A stretch of 63,998 nucleotides of DNA, the filler included, from a bacterium (GTDB taxonomy: Bacteria > JALSQH01), in NCBI GenBank assembly GCA_026985515.1. It is 8 parts of 8 records of this genome, joined end to end, with 100 filler letters (N's around TTAATTAATTAA, not from the genome) between each part and the next. Parts side by side here need not be neighbours in the genome. Positions count along the whole stretch, not along the records: positions 30,091 to 41,916 come from JALSQH010000091.1; positions 42,017 to 46,232 come from JALSQH010000094.1; 6 more parts are not named here. One strand, written 5' to 3'. Position 1 is the first letter of the stretch, and every line of letters begins with the position of its first letter. A program made the translations under genes and the position numbers. Positions 30,894 to 44,839 of this stretch are shown here, one piece after another. The notes beneath the pieces are model-generated. The model did not search any database, had not been told where the DNA came from, and worked only from the letters and a program-made list of their open reading frames with translations.

Positions 30894-32360
30894 TCAATCC
30901 TCCTCAAACTGTGAAGGTATCCTTCTGTGCCAGTCAGTTTCCTGCTGATAATTGTAACCGATTCTCATAATGGTAACCTCATCAAAGGGCCTTCCAATGA
31001 TCTGCATCCCAACCGGTAAACCATTCTGTGTAAATCCAGCAGGTATGGAGATGCCGGGCAAACCTGCCAGATTCACCGACACCGTGAAAATGTCAGAGAG
31101 GTACATCCGAAGAGGATCACTTATCTTTTCACCAAGTTTGAAAGCAGGGGTGGGCGTGGTTGGAGTTATAATTGCGTCAACCTCCTTAAAAGCTTCAAGA
31201 AAATCGTTCCTTATAATAGTTCTGACTTTCAGTGCTTTGAGATAATAGGCGTCATAGTAACCTGATGAAAGGGCATAGGTACCCAGCATTATTCTCCTCT
31301 TAACCTCAGCACCAAAACCCTTTGATCTTGTCTCAAAATAAGTGTCAATTAGATCCTTACCTTTAACCCTCAATCCATACCGTATCCCGTCATACCTTGC
31401 AAGGTTTGAACTTGCCTCAGCAGGTGCAACTATGTAGTACGTGGCTATGGCATACTCCGTATGTGGAAGTGAAATCTTTTTGAACTGCACCCCCAGTTTT
31501 TCAAGGACCTTTATTGCATCCTCAATCCTCTTTAACACCTCCTCATCCACTCCATCACCAAAATACTCCTCGGGTAAACCTATTTTTAATCCCTCCACCT
31601 TTTCCTTTATGAGAGATGGATAATCGGGAACTTCACGATCAACACTGGTTGAATCTTTCGGGTCTTTACCTGCAATAACCTTCAGCAGAATTGCGGCATC
31701 CTCAACATCTGAAGTGATTGGTCCCACCTGATCAAGAGATGAGGCGAAGGCTATTATTCCATACCTTGTAACTCTTCCATATGTGGGTTTAAGACCCACA
31801 ACTCCGCAGAAAGCGGCGGGTTGCCTTATGGAACCACCTGTATCTGTCCCAAGTGTTCCCGCTGCCAGTCTCGCAGCCATGGCCGCAGATGAACCACCAC
31901 TTGAACCACCTGGAGCCCTCTCCAGATTCCAGGGATTGTGAGTGGGACCAAAGGCACTGTTCTCAGTGGAAGAACCCATTGCAAATTCATCGAGATTTAA
32001 CTTTCCCAGAAGTACATAACCTTCTTTTTTCAGCTTCTCCACCACGGTACTGTCGTAGGGAGGTATAAAATTTTCAAGTATCTTTGAAGCACAGGTGGTT
32101 CTCAACCCCTTCGTGAGGAATATATCCTTGAGGGCCAGGGGGATTCCCAGAAGTTCACCTTCTTCACCCCCTGCAATTCTGGAATCCGCCTCTTCAGCTT
32201 CTTTCAGCGCGTTTTCATTGATGGTAAGGTAAGAAGAAATCTTTTCATCATACTTCTCTATCCTCTTCAGGAAAATCTGTGTGAGTTCCTTTGCAGATAT
32301 CTCTTTTTTTCTCAACTTCTCCCTCAACTCATGAATGGGGAGTGCCCATATTCTATCCAA
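30894..32360 (-). CDS. gatA: Asp/Glu-tRNA amidotransferase subunit A
   Basis: Amidase signature [29 protein letters not shown]; likely start is TTG 32360 after AAGGAGG. Confidence 0.96.
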   Translation of the reverse strand: MDRIWALPIHELREKLRKKEISAKELTQIFLKRIEKYDEKISSYLTINENALKEAEEADSRIAGGEEGELLGIPLALKDIFLTKGLRTTCASKILENFIPPYDSTVVEKLKKEGYVLLGKLNLDEFAMGSSTENSAFGPTHNPWNLERAPGGSSGGSSAAMAARLAAGTLGTDTGGSIRQPAAFCGVVGLKPTYGRVTRYGIIAFASSLDQVGPITSDVEDAAILLKVIAGKDPKDSTSVDREVPDYPSLIKEKVEGLKIGLPEEYFGDGVDEEVLKRIEDAIKVLEKLGVQFKKISLPHTEYAIATYYIVAPAEASSNLARYDGIRYGLRVKGKDLIDTYFETRSKGFGAEVKRRIMLGTYALSSGYYDAYYLKALKVRTIIRNDFLEAFKEVDAIITPTTPTPAFKLGEKISDPLRMYLSDIFTVSVNLAGLPGISIPAGFTQNGLPVGMQIIGRPFDEVTIMRIGYNYQQETDWHRRIPSQFEED

Positions 32361-32434
32361 ATCCTCCTCCTTTTGTTGTTTTAAACCAAAACTCAAAATC
32401 CCTGACCAGAATAATCAGGAACCCATTTATCGAT

Positions 32435-32728
32435 TCAACTCTCCTGTATGACTCTGGGAACAACGAAGAAACGGTCCTTTTTCTCAGGGGCATTCATGAG
32501 AATATCCTCAATGGGCAGCGATTCTTCAACCCTGTCCTCCCTGAAAACATTTTTCATTTCAACCACATGAGAAGTTGGTTCAATATTCTCGGTATCAAGT
32601 TCGTTGAGTTTATTGATGTAATCAAGAATCCTGTTCAGGTCTGTTCTGAATTTTTCTATTTCCTCCTCTGAGAATTTCAACCTTGCAAGTTTCGCCACAT
32701 TTTCAACCTCTTCCCTCGTAAGAGCCAT
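32435..32728 (-). CDS. gatC: Asp/Glu-tRNA amidotransferase subunit C
   Basis: VAKLARL, LNELDTENIEPT, FREDRV, FFVVPRV. Confidence 0.95.
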   Translation of the reverse strand: MALTREEVENVAKLARLKFSEEEIEKFRTDLNRILDYINKLNELDTENIEPTSHVVEMKNVFREDRVEESLPIEDILMNAPEKKDRFFVVPRVIQES

Positions 32729-34272
32729 CAGATCCCCTCCTTCTTCAACTCGCTCTTTCCTCTCTTCCTGTATTCAAGTTTATTGAGGGCATTTATGAAA
32801 GCCTTGGCGGCAGCAACGATAATATCTGTGTCACTGCCCTGACCCATTGAAACTTTACCCTCTTCCTCTATCCTGACCGTCACCTCACCCACAGCATCTG
32901 TACCACCGGTGATACTGCTCACATCAAACCTTACCAGGTGAACGCTATCCTTTCCGGTGGCTTTCTTTATGGCATTATAAATCGCATCAACTGGACCATC
33001 TCCAAAGGCTGCCTCCTTGACCCTCTTTCCCTCAACCTCCAGAATCACCGTACCAACAGGTAGCATGTCTGTTCCGCTGGTAACATTGGCACTGATAAAC
33101 CTGTACTTCTCCGACAGTCTGAGAATCTCCTCTGCAATGAGAGCCTCGATATCTTCTTCGTACACCTTCTTCTTCTTATCTGCAAGAGCTTTAAACAATT
33201 TGAAAGCTCTGTTGAACTGATCATCGCTCAAATCATAACCCATCTTTTCAATGAATTCCCTGAATGCGTGCCTTCCAGAGTGCTTACCGAGTACAAGTTT
33301 ATTGGTGGGCCAGCCAACAGATTGCGGCGTCATGATTTCATAGGTGATGGCCTTTTTCAAAACACCATCCTGATGAATACCAGACTCATGAGCAAAGGCA
33401 TTATCTCCCACAATAGCCTTGTTCGGCTGGACCCTTATACCTGTTATCTGCTGGAGCAATCTGCTCGAGGGATAAATCTGCTCCGTAACAATATCGGTGT
33501 AGTATGGAAAGAGATCCTTTCTCACCTTAAGTATCATTACAATCTCTTCCATGGCGGCGTTACCTGCCCTCTCTCCAATCCCGTTGATTGTTGCCTCCAC
33601 CTGCCTTGCTCCAGCTTTGATGGCATAGAGGGAATTGGCAACAGCCAGGCCAAGATCATTGTGGCAGTGAACACTTATAATTGCCTTATCTATGTTGGGA
33701 ACATTTTCCTTCAGGTACCTGATAAGATTGTAATACTCCTCAGGTACCGTGTAACCCACCGTATCAGGAACATTTATAACAGTTGCTCCCGCTCTGATAG
33801 CCTCCGTAAAAATCTTAACCAGGAAATCCCAGTCTGATCTCGTTGCATCCTCAGCAGAAAATTCCACATTATCTGTGAAACTCCTCGCCAGCTCCACAGC
33901 TTTAACCGCTTTCTCAAGGGCCTCTTCCCTGCTCATTCTCAGTTTGTACTTCAGGTGGATATCAGATGTGGCTATGAATGTGTGGATCCTGGGATTTCGT
34001 GCGTACTTTATTGCCTCCCAGGCTCTTACAATATCCTCCTCATTGGTCCGGGCAAGAGCGGCAATCTGGGGACCTGTAACCTCCATGGCAATTTCCTTAA
34101 CTGCCTCAAAATCCCCCTCAGATGCTATTGGAAACCCTGCTTCAATGACATCCACACCCAATTTAGCCAGCTGTTTCGCCACCTGAAGTTTTTCTTCAAC
34201 ATTCATGCTTGCACCGGGGGATTGCTCGCCATCCCTGAGTGTGGTGTCAAAAATATAGATTTTCTCACCCAT
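32728..34272 (-). CDS. leuA: 2-isopropylmalate synthase
   Basis: [38 protein letters not shown]-terminal regulatory domain GDGPVDA. Confidence 0.96.
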   Translation of the reverse strand: MGEKIYIFDTTLRDGEQSPGASMNVEEKLQVAKQLAKLGVDVIEAGFPIASEGDFEAVKEIAMEVTGPQIAALARTNEEDIVRAWEAIKYARNPRIHTFIATSDIHLKYKLRMSREEALEKAVKAVELARSFTDNVEFSAEDATRSDWDFLVKIFTEAIRAGATVINVPDTVGYTVPEEYYNLIRYLKENVPNIDKAIISVHCHNDLGLAVANSLYAIKAGARQVEATINGIGERAGNAAMEEIVMILKVRKDLFPYYTDIVTEQIYPSSRLLQQITGIRVQPNKAIVGDNAFAHESGIHQDGVLKKAITYEIMTPQSVGWPTNKLVLGKHSGRHAFREFIEKMGYDLSDDQFNRAFKLFKALADKKKKVYEEDIEALIAEEILRLSEKYRFISANVTSGTDMLPVGTVILEVEGKRVKEAAFGDGPVDAIYNAIKKATGKDSVHLVRFDVSSITGGTDAVGEVTVRIEEEGKVSMGQGSDTDIIVAAAKAFINALNKLEYRKRGKSELKKEGI

Positions 34273-34283
34273 TTCAATCCTCC

Positions 34284-36154
<1,871 letters not shown>

Positions 36155-36763
36155 CTATACCTCCTTTTTTGGATCATATTCCTTCAATGTTACTCTTCCT
36201 CTCTGAAGAGAAACTATTCCCGTCCTTGCCACCTCAAGTAGACCCATATTCCTGAAAAGATCAATAAAAACATTCAGCTTATCGGGATCACCTGTGAGTT
36301 CAATGACATATGAATTGGGAGAAACATCTATGATTCTCGCCCTGAATATGTCAACCAGTCTGAATATTTCATTCTTGTTTTCCTCAGTTGCCCTCACCTT
36401 CAAGAGTAACAATTCCCTCTCAACATGCGGTTTATCAGTTACATCAACTACCTTGAGTACAGGAATCAACTTTCTCAGATGTTTTATGATCTGTTCAATC
36501 ACTGCTGCTTCACCGGTGGTTACAATTGTCATCCTGGAAATCTCGGGATTGGCAGTTTCAGCAACCGATAAACTTTCTATGTTGTAGCCTCTTCCACTGA
36601 AAAGCCCCGCAACCCTTGTTAGGACTCCAAACTCATTCAGAACGAGGACAGAAATAATGTGTCTCTCTTCCCCCGCCTCGACACATTCACCACCCCTCAC
36701 CGGTCTGGGCCACCATGCATCCTCAGTGCCACTCTTTTTTCTCTTTTCTATGGACTTTGCCAT
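36155..36763 (-). CDS. ilvN: Acetolactate synthase small subunit with an N-terminal extension
   Basis: HIISVLV...GVLTRVAGLFSGRGYNIESL ACT domain, EVARTG; start probably ATG 36763. Confidence 0.93.
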   Translation of the reverse strand: MAKSIEKRKKSGTEDAWWPRPVRGGECVEAGEERHIISVLVLNEFGVLTRVAGLFSGRGYNIESLSVAETANPEISRMTIVTTGEAAVIEQIIKHLRKLIPVLKVVDVTDKPHVERELLLLKVRATEENKNEIFRLVDIFRARIIDVSPNSYVIELTGDPDKLNVFIDLFRNMGLLEVARTGIVSLQRGRVTLKEYDPKKEV

Positions 36764-36774
36764 GCTTCCCCCTT

Positions 36775-38496
36775 TCACACAAGAAGCATTTTGTTCAGGG
36801 CTCCACCTGCGGGAACCATTGGAAAGACATTTTCCTCTCTCTCTATGAGGAATTCAACCACAACCGGTTTATCCCTCTCCTGAAGCACCTCAAGAATAAC
36901 CGGCTCCACCATCTCTTCTCTGTCAACTATGAAACCCTTTGCCCCGTAAGCCTCTGCCAGTTTTACAAAATCTGGCTGAACCTCTTCACATGTGTATGAG
37001 TACTTCCTGTCATAGAAGAGCTCCTGCCACTGCCTCACCATCCCCAGAAATTTATTGTTGAGTATGAAAATTTTCACAGGGAGATGATACTGAACAGCAG
37101 TGGCAAGCTCCTGTATGTTCATCTGGATACTTCCATCACCAGCAATATCCACCACAGTGGCATCGGGTCTTGCCACCTGCGCACCAATGGCGGCAGGAAA
37201 TCCGTAACCCATTGCACCCAGTCCCCCTGATGTTATGAAAGTCCTTGGATACTTTGCAAGAAAGTACTGGGCTGCCCACATCTGGTTCTGACCAACTTCC
37301 GTTGTGATAATTATATTTTCGCCCTTTGTTATTTTGTAGAGGGTTTCAATTACAAATTGTGGTTTCACAGTTTTCCCATCCCTTCTATAGGCAAGAGGAT
37401 AGGTCTCTTTCCACCTTTCTATGCTCTCATGCCACGGTTCCAGATCCTTATGGTACTGCTCCAGCTTCTCGGGTTTTTTCTGGATAATATCCTTAATTAT
37501 TTTCAACATATCTCTCACCACAATTTTCACATCACCAACGATGGGAATATCAACCTGAACATTCTTGCTTATACTTGCAGGGTCAATGTCAATGTGAATA
37601 ATCTCCGCCTGTGGTGCAAACTGGTTTACATCGCCAGTTACTCTGTCGTCAAATCGTGCACCTACAGCAATGAGGAGGTCCGACTCCGTAACAGCCATAT
37701 TCGCTCTGAATGTTCCGTGCATACCGAGCATCCCGAGAAAGAGAGGATCATCTCCGGGATATGCACCAAGGGCCATCAGGGTTGATGTAACTGGAATGTG
37801 CAGCAACCTTGCAAGTTCTCTGATCTCCTCAGATGCATTGGAAGAAATCACCCCACCACCAATATAGAGAACAGGCCTCCTCGCCTCAAATATTTTATTG
37901 ACAGCCTTCTTTATCTGTCCTATGTGTCCCTTAACATTCGGCTTATATCCGGGCAACTTCATCTCCACCCTGTCATAATCAAATTCCGCCCACTCAGCCA
38001 GGACATCCTTCGGAAGATCAACAACAACGGGACCTGGACGACCTGTTCTGGCAATGTAAAAAGCTTCCTTCACAATTCTTGCAAGGTCATTAACATCCTT
38101 GACCAGAAAATTATGCTTTGTGATGGGTCGTGTAATACCCACCATGTCAACTTCCTGAAAGGCATCGTTTCCAATCAGGTATGTTGGAACCTGGCCCGTA
38201 AATACCACTATGGGCACAGAATCCATGTAGGCAGATGCTATGCCGGTAACCGTGTTGGTAGCACCAGGTCCAGATGTCACCAGAACAACCCCAACCTTTC
38301 CTGAAGCCCTTGCATAACCATCAGCAGCATGAGCTGCTGCCTGTTCATGTCTCACAAGAATGTGATGAAAATCCATATCAAACAACTCATCATATATCTC
38401 TATGACGGCTCCACCAGGCAACCCGAAAATAGTATCAACACCTTCCTTTTTCAGAGACTCAAGCAGTATCCTGGTTCCTTTTAATCTCTCAGCCAT
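36775..38496 (-). CDS. ilvB: Acetolactate synthase large subunit
   Basis: [27 protein letters not shown] ThDP motif, LGMVRQWQ. Confidence 0.97.
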   Translation of the reverse strand: MAERLKGTRILLESLKKEGVDTIFGLPGGAVIEIYDELFDMDFHHILVRHEQAAAHAADGYARASGKVGVVLVTSGPGATNTVTGIASAYMDSVPIVVFTGQVPTYLIGNDAFQEVDMVGITRPITKHNFLVKDVNDLARIVKEAFYIARTGRPGPVVVDLPKDVLAEWAEFDYDRVEMKLPGYKPNVKGHIGQIKKAVNKIFEARRPVLYIGGGVISSNASEEIRELARLLHIPVTSTLMALGAYPGDDPLFLGMLGMHGTFRANMAVTESDLLIAVGARFDDRVTGDVNQFAPQAEIIHIDIDPASISKNVQVDIPIVGDVKIVVRDMLKIIKDIIQKKPEKLEQYHKDLEPWHESIERWKETYPLAYRRDGKTVKPQFVIETLYKITKGENIIITTEVGQNQMWAAQYFLAKYPRTFITSGGLGAMGYGFPAAIGAQVARPDATVVDIAGDGSIQMNIQELATAVQYHLPVKIFILNNKFLGMVRQWQELFYDRKYSYTCEEVQPDFVKLAEAYGAKGFIVDREEMVEPVILEVLQERDKPVVVEFLIEREENVFPMVPAGGALNKMLLV

Positions 38497-38508
38497 AAAA
38501 ACTTCACC

Positions 38509-40164
38509 TCACTCTTTCAAAATTGCACCGGTACTTGCAGAAGTAACCATTTTAGCGTAACGGGCAAGCCAGCCCTTCTTTATCTTTGGTGGCAATGGCT
38601 TAAATTCCTTTCTCCTTCTCTCCAGTTCTTCATCAGACAGCTTTACTTCAAGTTTTCTCGCAGGAATATCTATTACAATTATATCTCCATCCTTCAGCAA
38701 ACCAATGGGGCCCCCTGCTGCCGCCTCAGGAGAAATGTGTCCAATACAGGGGCCTCTTGTGCCACCGGAAAATCTTCCATCAGTTATGAGAGCAACCTTG
38801 TCTGAAAGGCCCATTCCCGTAATGGTGGCAGTGGGGTTAAGCATCTCCCTCATCCCCGGTCCACCCGCAGGCCCTTCATACCTTATAACCACAACATCTC
38901 CCGGCTGAATCTTCTTACCGAGTATCGCCTTCATCGCTTCCTCTTCTGAATTGAAGACCCTTGCCTTTCCCTCAAATTTCAACATGTTTGGAGCAACAGC
39001 TGACTGCTTTACCACGGCTCCCTCTGGTGCAAGGTTACCATAAAGAATGGCAAGACCACCCTCTGGATGAATGGGATCATCCATGGGTCTCACCACATCA
39101 TCTCTGAATATCTTTGCCTCGTCTGCAATCTGGTGGATCGTCTTGAAACTCACAGTTGGAAGATCATGTAATTTGGGCTTCAATCTCTTCAAAACCATTG
39201 GAACGCCACCAGCTGCATAGAGATCCTCAATGAGATACCTGCCGGCTGGCTGAAGATCAGCGAGATGCGGTGTATCCCTTCCAAGTTTATCAAAGGTATC
39301 AAGTGGTAAATCAACCCCTGCTTCATGAGCAATTGCCTTGAGATGCAACACCGTATTGGTTGAACCTCCCAGAGCCAGATCAACCCTTATGGCATTCTCA
39401 AAGGCTTCTTTAGTCATTATGTCTCTGGGCCTGATATTCTTTTTCACCAGCTCCACTATCCTTATGCCGCTTTCATAGGCAATTCTCTTTTTGTCGGCAA
39501 AAACTGCTGGGGTTGCCCCACATCCGACAAGAGACATTCCCATAGCCTCAGTTAAAATTGCCATTGTATTGGCGGTATACAATCCCTGACAGCTTCCGGC
39601 TCCAGGACAGGCTCTTATCTCCATCTCCAGCAGTTCTTCAAAGGTGATCTTCCCTGCATTGTACTCACCCACAGCTTCAAAGGTGTTTTTCACAAGGGAA
39701 AGCTTCTCCTGACCCAGCTGACCCCCGAGCATGGGACCAGCCGTAACAACTATGGCAGGAATGTTAAGTCGTGCAGCAGCCATCAGCATCCCGGGAGTTA
39801 TCTTGTCACAATTTGTGAGAAGAACCAGTCCATCCAGAGCATGCGCCTCAGCAATGGACTCAATTTCATCTGCAATGAGTTCCCTTGAGGGGAGTGAATA
39901 ATGCATTCCAAGATGCCCCATGGCTATACCATCACATATTGCAGGGACACCAAAAATAAAAGGCACTCCTCCTCCCGCTGCTATTCCCCTTTCAATGTAC
40001 CTTTCCAGTTCCCTCATTCCCACATGACCGGGAACAAGATCAGTAAAACTGGATGCAATTCCAATAAAGGGCTTATCAAGATCTGATGGATCAACTCCAG
40101 TTGCAAACATCAGACATCGGTTTGGTGCACGCTCAACCCCTTTTTTAACTCTGTCACTTCTCAA
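38509..40164 (-). CDS. ilvD: Dihydroxy-acid dehydratase
   Basis: [41 protein letters not shown]. Confidence 0.97.
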   Translation of the reverse strand: MRSDRVKKGVERAPNRCLMFATGVDPSDLDKPFIGIASSFTDLVPGHVGMRELERYIERGIAAGGGVPFIFGVPAICDGIAMGHLGMHYSLPSRELIADEIESIAEAHALDGLVLLTNCDKITPGMLMAAARLNIPAIVVTAGPMLGGQLGQEKLSLVKNTFEAVGEYNAGKITFEELLEMEIRACPGAGSCQGLYTANTMAILTEAMGMSLVGCGATPAVFADKKRIAYESGIRIVELVKKNIRPRDIMTKEAFENAIRVDLALGGSTNTVLHLKAIAHEAGVDLPLDTFDKLGRDTPHLADLQPAGRYLIEDLYAAGGVPMVLKRLKPKLHDLPTVSFKTIHQIADEAKIFRDDVVRPMDDPIHPEGGLAILYGNLAPEGAVVKQSAVAPNMLKFEGKARVFNSEEEAMKAILGKKIQPGDVVVIRYEGPAGGPGMREMLNPTATITGMGLSDKVALITDGRFSGGTRGPCIGHISPEAAAGGPIGLLKDGDIIVIDIPARKLEVKLSDEELERRRKEFKPLPPKIKKGWLARYAKMVTSASTGAILKE

Positions 40165-40214
40165 TTTCTATAACCTCCTTAAAATTTTCTATCTTTACCT
40201 GTGCTATTCTCTCC

Positions 40215-40436
40215 TTAATTCTGGTACTTTTTTATTATTTCAAGGATCCTGTCCTTCCCATGCAGTTTTTTGATCTGAATCTCCTTCTTTCTTATCTCAT
40301 CCTCCGTTGTCAGATAGGGTTTGCTTAGAAGCTCCTGGAGTTCGGCTTCAAGTTTGAGATGCTCCTCCCAGAGTGCCTTGAGTTCAGGATCCTTGTCCTT
40401 GTACTTTTCAATGATTTCAAGCTCTTTTGGCTCCAT
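40215..40436 (-). CDS. DUF465/YdcH family coiled-coil protein
   Basis: LWEEHLKLE...YLTTEDE...KKLHGKDRI; typical position between tsaB and ilv genes. Confidence 0.82.
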   Translation of the reverse strand: MEPKELEIIEKYKDKDPELKALWEEHLKLEAELQELLSKPYLTTEDEIRKKEIQIKKLHGKDRILEIIKKYQN

Positions 40437-40480
40437 AGAAACCTCCTTAAATAGGTTTTTATTTTACAAAAATTACCATT

Positions 40481-41164
40481 TTATTCAATTTTTTCTCGCT
40501 TTTTCTTCTCAAAGTTAATTTCTGCATCCGACTTCCTTATGTAAAAAGGTTCCACAGGTTTGCCCCTGTAACCCCTCTTTATTTCCTCCACAGCAATGAT
40601 TGCCACACCGTATGAGACAGGTTTAACAACTTCAACCTTAACGAGATTATCTCTGCTCAATAAAATATCACCATATCTTGTCAATCCATCTCCTGTCATG
40701 TATATCTCTTCGTTGGGAAGCATTTCAAGCCACTTTGCTGGATTTATGACCCTCTCTTCCTTCACAACACTGATCTTCTTCCCCTCAACTCTGTAAAGAG
40801 CAGTATATATCTCTCCCTTCCTTGCATCTATTACCGGCGAAATATATCCTTCTCTCCCGGTGGAAAGAGCCATAGCTCTCAAAGTAATAACTCCAACAAC
40901 AGGAACATCCCTTCTGAAAGTTATTCCCAGAATTGAGGCAAGTCCAATTCTGAGACCTGTAAATGAACCGGGACCAATAGCCACACCCCAGCCATCAATT
41001 GAATCAATTGTAATGGAATTTTTTTCCAGAATTTGTAAAAGATTCGGGATAAAGACAGGAGAATGACTTTTCACCCTGAAGTTTGCCTGATCAACTACCT
41101 CTCCGTTATGTAAAACAGTTATGCTTTCAAAGTTAACAGATGTATCAACACCTACGACAATCAT
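40481..41164 (-). CDS. tsaB: tRNA threonylcarbamoyladenosine biosynthesis protein
   Basis: GVDTS, GPGSFTGLRIG, IDARKGEIY, PFYIRKSDAE. Confidence 0.94.
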   Translation of the reverse strand: MIVVGVDTSVNFESITVLHNGEVVDQANFRVKSHSPVFIPNLLQILEKNSITIDSIDGWGVAIGPGSFTGLRIGLASILGITFRRDVPVVGVITLRAMALSTGREGYISPVIDARKGEIYTALYRVEGKKISVVKEERVINPAKWLEMLPNEEIYMTGDGLTRYGDILLSRDNLVKVEVVKPVSYGVAIIAVEEIKRGYRGKPVEPFYIRKSDAEINFEKKKREKIE

Positions 41165-41916
41165 TTACCTGTACTTTTGACACTCTGTGTTGTCTGGTGG
41201 GTATGTTTACCCCAGACTCTTTTTATGTCATTTTTTGTTACTGCAAGTGTTAGCAGGATAAGAAATATAAATCCAATCTGAAGAGAAATATTTATTACCT
41301 TTTCAGGTAAAGGCCTTCCCCTTATCGCTTCAATCAGGAAGAAGAGCAGGTATCCCCCGTCGAGAACAGGAATGGGAAGCAGATTCAGGATTCCAAGTTG
41401 AAGACTTATGAAAGCCATTAAAAGAAGGAGTTCCCCAAGTCCCTTTTTTACAGCCTCTCCTGACACAACCGCTATTTGAATGGGGCCCCCAAGCACCTTC
41501 AGAGAAAGTTTCCCCGTTACAAGTTTTCCAATGATTTTGAAAGTAAGAATAAACATTTCGATATTCTTTTGAATCCCCCTTCTAACAGCCTGAGTAAAAG
41601 AATATCTTTTCAGAACCATCTCAGAAGGAGCGAGAATCCCTATTATCCTTCTCCCCTTTTCAACTTCTGGAATAACTCTGAACCTGAGAATTTTTCCCCC
41701 TCTTTTCACAACCACGATGATGCTTCCTCTGCTCTCCCTTATTATTTTTCCTATGTCATACCACGAAGCTATCTTCACCCCGTTTATTTCTACTATTCTA
41801 TCACCATCCTTGAGTCCCGCCTTTTCAGCAGGGGAGTCTTTTAAAACCTTTCCTATAACAGGAGGTCGATAAGGATACAGACCGAGAGTGTAGAGATCCA
41901 CCGGTGATGGGAGGTG
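41161..41916 (-). CDS. rseP: RIP metalloprotease, C-terminal part
   Basis: PDZ domain (SPAEKAGLKDGD), GGPIQI, NLLPIPVLDGG. Confidence 0.93.
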   Translation of the reverse strand, partial: HLPSPVDLYTLGLYPYRPPVIGKVLKDSPAEKAGLKDGDRIVEINGVKIASWYDIGKIIRESRGSIIVVVKRGGKILRFRVIPEVEKGRRIIGILAPSEMVLKRYSFTQAVRRGIQKNIEMFILTFKIIGKLVTGKLSLKVLGGPIQIAVVSGEAVKKGLGELLLLMAFISLQLGILNLLPIPVLDGGYLLFFLIEAIRGRPLPEKVINISLQIGFIFLILLTLAVTKNDIKRVWGKHTHQTTQSVKSTGK

Positions 41917-42016
41917 NNNNNNNNNNNNNNNNNNNNNNNNNNNNNNNNNNNNNNNNNNNNTTAATTAATTAANNNNNNNNNNNNNNNNNNNNNNNNNNNN
42001 NNNNNNNNNNNNNNNN
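41917..42016. other. Artificial contig linker
   Basis: N-run with TTAATTAATTAA. Confidence 0.99.
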
Positions 42017-42972
42017 TGAAGAAGTATATCGTCCATAACATTTTTTGACTGTGCAAGAGATCTTATTTCCTGAATAGTGATTTTGGGACTCTCAAGTACC
42101 GAAAGGGCGACTATCTTGTTGGAATCTTTTATAAGTATCTTCCTTGCCTCCATGTTGCCTAAAAGGGCGAGTTTAACCTTTTCTGCAACGGACATCTGAT
42201 TTATTTTTTTATAGAGACTTTCAAATTCATCCTTCTTTTTCCCTTCCTCCTCTTCTTCCTCCTCTTTCAGAAGATCTTCTGGTATTTCAATTTCAACTTT
42301 TTCTTCTTCCTCTGACTCTGCTTCTTCCTTTATTGTCCTGAACAGATCATCCAGAGATTCACCGGATGCAGGCTCTTCTTCAGTTTCCCCTTCAATTTCT
42401 TTCTTTGTTTCATGGAAGGTGGTTATTTTTTCTTTTATTTCTTCTTCATCTGCGATTCCCGCTTCCAGTAAAACCTTTGCGGCGAAATTTCTGGTAAAGA
42501 ATTCCTCCACTTTTTTCCTCTGGATCAGTGGTAGAGCAGGATTGTCGATCAGCTTTTCAGCTATTCTTGGATTCTTGAGCATTTTTACCTGATTCTCTGC
42601 AATGAGAGAAAGGAGGTCAGGATCTCTTTCTTTTTCAGCAATTTTTTCAAGTTTTTTTGCCGAAAATGATTGATTTATGAGAAGAGCCTGCTTAATTTTC
42701 TTGTTATCTGTGAGGTCGTAAAGGAGAGAGAGAAGATAGGGTGGCACCGATTTATCTGAAGCAAATTCCAGAAGAGTACCCTCTGGCAGTTTCTTCAGTG
42801 TGGTGATTGCACTTTTTTTGATTTCTTCATCTTTGTCTCTGGAGAGGAAAAGAAGGACTGCCACCATTTCAACAGGTGTTGCACTGGGAAGTACCCCCTG
42901 TGCAGCCATCAATCTCTTTTTTCGCTCTATCTGACCTTTTATGATGGGTATAAATATCCTGTTGATATGCAT
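42017..42972 (-). CDS. Conserved hypothetical helical protein with an acidic linker (C-terminus truncated)
   Basis: AAQGVLP...; EKVKLALLGNMEARKILIKDSNKIV resembles a Deltaproteobacterial conserved family (from memory). Confidence 0.75.
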
Positions 42973-44052
42973 TTACAATCCTGTGATTTCAACTTTCAAT
43001 CCTATGGCTTTAAATTTTTTTAGAGCCTGTTCAGCTTCTTTCCTGTTTGTAAATTTCCCGATTTTGAGGAAGTATTTTTTTCTGGAAATCAGTTTCGTGA
43101 ATATTTTTCCCTCAATGTTCAATTTGGGAGTTTTTAACCTCTGAATTACGCTGGTGGCAATGACGGCAGAGTTGTATGGTCCGAGGGTTATTCTTACTTT
43201 ATTATTTTTAGCTTCATTGAGAGTGACTTTTCCCTTCTGATCAGGCATAAAGAGTTCAATTTTGAGCTTTTGTGCCATTGCTTTTGATCTGTCCATGATT
43301 CCAAGATCAATAAAAAATAGTGTTTGTTTTTCCTCGGTAAAGTAGTGTCTTACATTCCAGCCAGCGGCCTGCAGTTTGCTTTCCCATGTTTTTGCCTGAT
43401 TCTCATCCATTGGACCTGCGCGAAGAGAATACCTGGGAACAGGAATATATGGAGTTACAGGTTTTTCCTTTCTGGTTTCCTTAACATTTGCCACTTTTTG
43501 CACGGGGGGATTTATTTTTTTTGCCACAGGTTGCTGGGGAATTTTCTTCGCAGTTTCCACTGTTACCTTCTTTGTTGCAACTTCGTGAGTTGTGGGAGCG
43601 GGCTGGGCTTTGCTGGCTTTAGCAGGAATTTTACTTTTTGAGGTTCTGGTCAATCCATGAGCAGAAGTTTTCTTTGCAATCTTTTCAGATGTGTAAGATA
43701 GAGGTTTTTTGCTTTTAAAAAGGAAAAAATACCCTGCACCGCCTCCTCCCAGTAAAATCAGAATAATGACAAGTACAAGTATGGTGCTGCTTTTTTTCTC
43801 CTCCTTTTTCTCTTCCTTTGTTTCTTCTACACCGCTTATCTCAGTCTGGGCAGCTTTTTCCATTTCTTCTGCAGATTCTTCCTCTATCAGTTCTTCTTCA
43901 AATAATTCTCCTGTACTTATGGTTGTTTCACCTGTTGATTTTTCCTCTTCAATTTCTTCATCAAAGAGTTTTTCCTCTTTCTTTTCCTGCTTTATTCCGA
44001 AAAAATCATCCTGAAGCAGATCATCAATTAATCTTCTCTTTTTTTCTGGCAT
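42973..44052 (-). CDS. Bitopic membrane protein with C-terminal SPOR-like domain(s)
   Basis: Acidic cytoplasmic N-terminus, single TM, K/P/A-rich linker, [26 protein letters not shown]-like motif. Confidence 0.72.
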   Translation of the reverse strand: MPEKKRRLIDDLLQDDFFGIKQEKKEEKLFDEEIEEEKSTGETTISTGELFEEELIEEESAEEMEKAAQTEISGVEETKEEKKEEKKSSTILVLVIILILLGGGGAGYFFLFKSKKPLSYTSEKIAKKTSAHGLTRTSKSKIPAKASKAQPAPTTHEVATKKVTVETAKKIPQQPVAKKINPPVQKVANVKETRKEKPVTPYIPVPRYSLRAGPMDENQAKTWESKLQAAGWNVRHYFTEEKQTLFFIDLGIMDRSKAMAQKLKIELFMPDQKGKVTLNEAKNNKVRITLGPYNSAVIATSVIQRLKTPKLNIEGKIFTKLISRKKYFLKIGKFTNRKEAEQALKKFKAIGLKVEITGL

Positions 44053-44839
44053 CCTTCCTTTCTCCCATTTTTTTAGGTCTGTTCAGCTCATAAATAATTT
44101 TTAATCCCTTCAGTGTCAAAAACTCATCTACCTCTTCAATGTATTTTGAATCCTTTGCCACAATTTTTGCAAGGCCTCATGTGGCGATGACCCTGGGTTT
44201 CCAGTTGTATGATGAAATCAATCTTTCTACAAGTCCATCAACCATGGATATATATCCGTAGTATAGACCTGATTGAATGCTGTTCACAGTGTTTCTACCA
44301 AGTATCTGGGGTGGTCTGGCTATCTCAACTTTGGGTAATTTTGATGCGTACTTGAATAGAGCTTCGGCTGAGATGGTAATTCCAGGAGCAATAATTCCTC
44401 CAAGGTATTCACCCTTTTCAGATATGCAGTCAAGAGTTGTTGCTGTGCCAAAATCAACGGCAATTATTGCCTGTCTGTACCTGTGATATGCAGCCACAGC
44501 ATTTACAATTCTGTCGGCTCCTACTTCTTTGGGATTTTCATAGAGAATGGCAATACCGGTTTTTATACCTGGTGCAACGAAGATGGGCTTCATGTGGAAC
44601 AATCTCTCACACATCCCCTCGAGGGGGATATTCAGAGGGGGAACCACGCTTGAAATTATACAACCTTCCACTTCATCCCGGGAAAGGTCGTGAAGATGAA
44701 AGAGATTGTGTATGAGAAGAGCAGTTTCATCTATGGTCATATTCCTCCTTGTGGAAATACGCCAGTGGTGGGTGAGATTCTCTCCCTGAAAGATTCCTAT
44801 AACAATATTGGTGTTTCCAACATCAATTACCAGTAGCAT
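44024..44839 (-). pseudogene. coaX: Type III pantothenate kinase interrupted by an in-frame TGA at 44177-44179
   Basis: IDVGNT, SSVVP, GADR, VDFGTATT; reads VIAT*GLA where VIATGG is conserved, and the frame continues 50 aa (…LTLKGL…) to a TGA at 44024. Confidence 0.85.

Noticed and set aside
44150-44179. Selenocysteine or genetic-code-25 interpretation of the coaX TGA
   Set aside because: The position is a conserved Gly, not Cys; only a weak downstream hairpin is present; and many genes here (panB, ilvB, gatC) use TGA as a true stop with no other in-frame TGA noticed.
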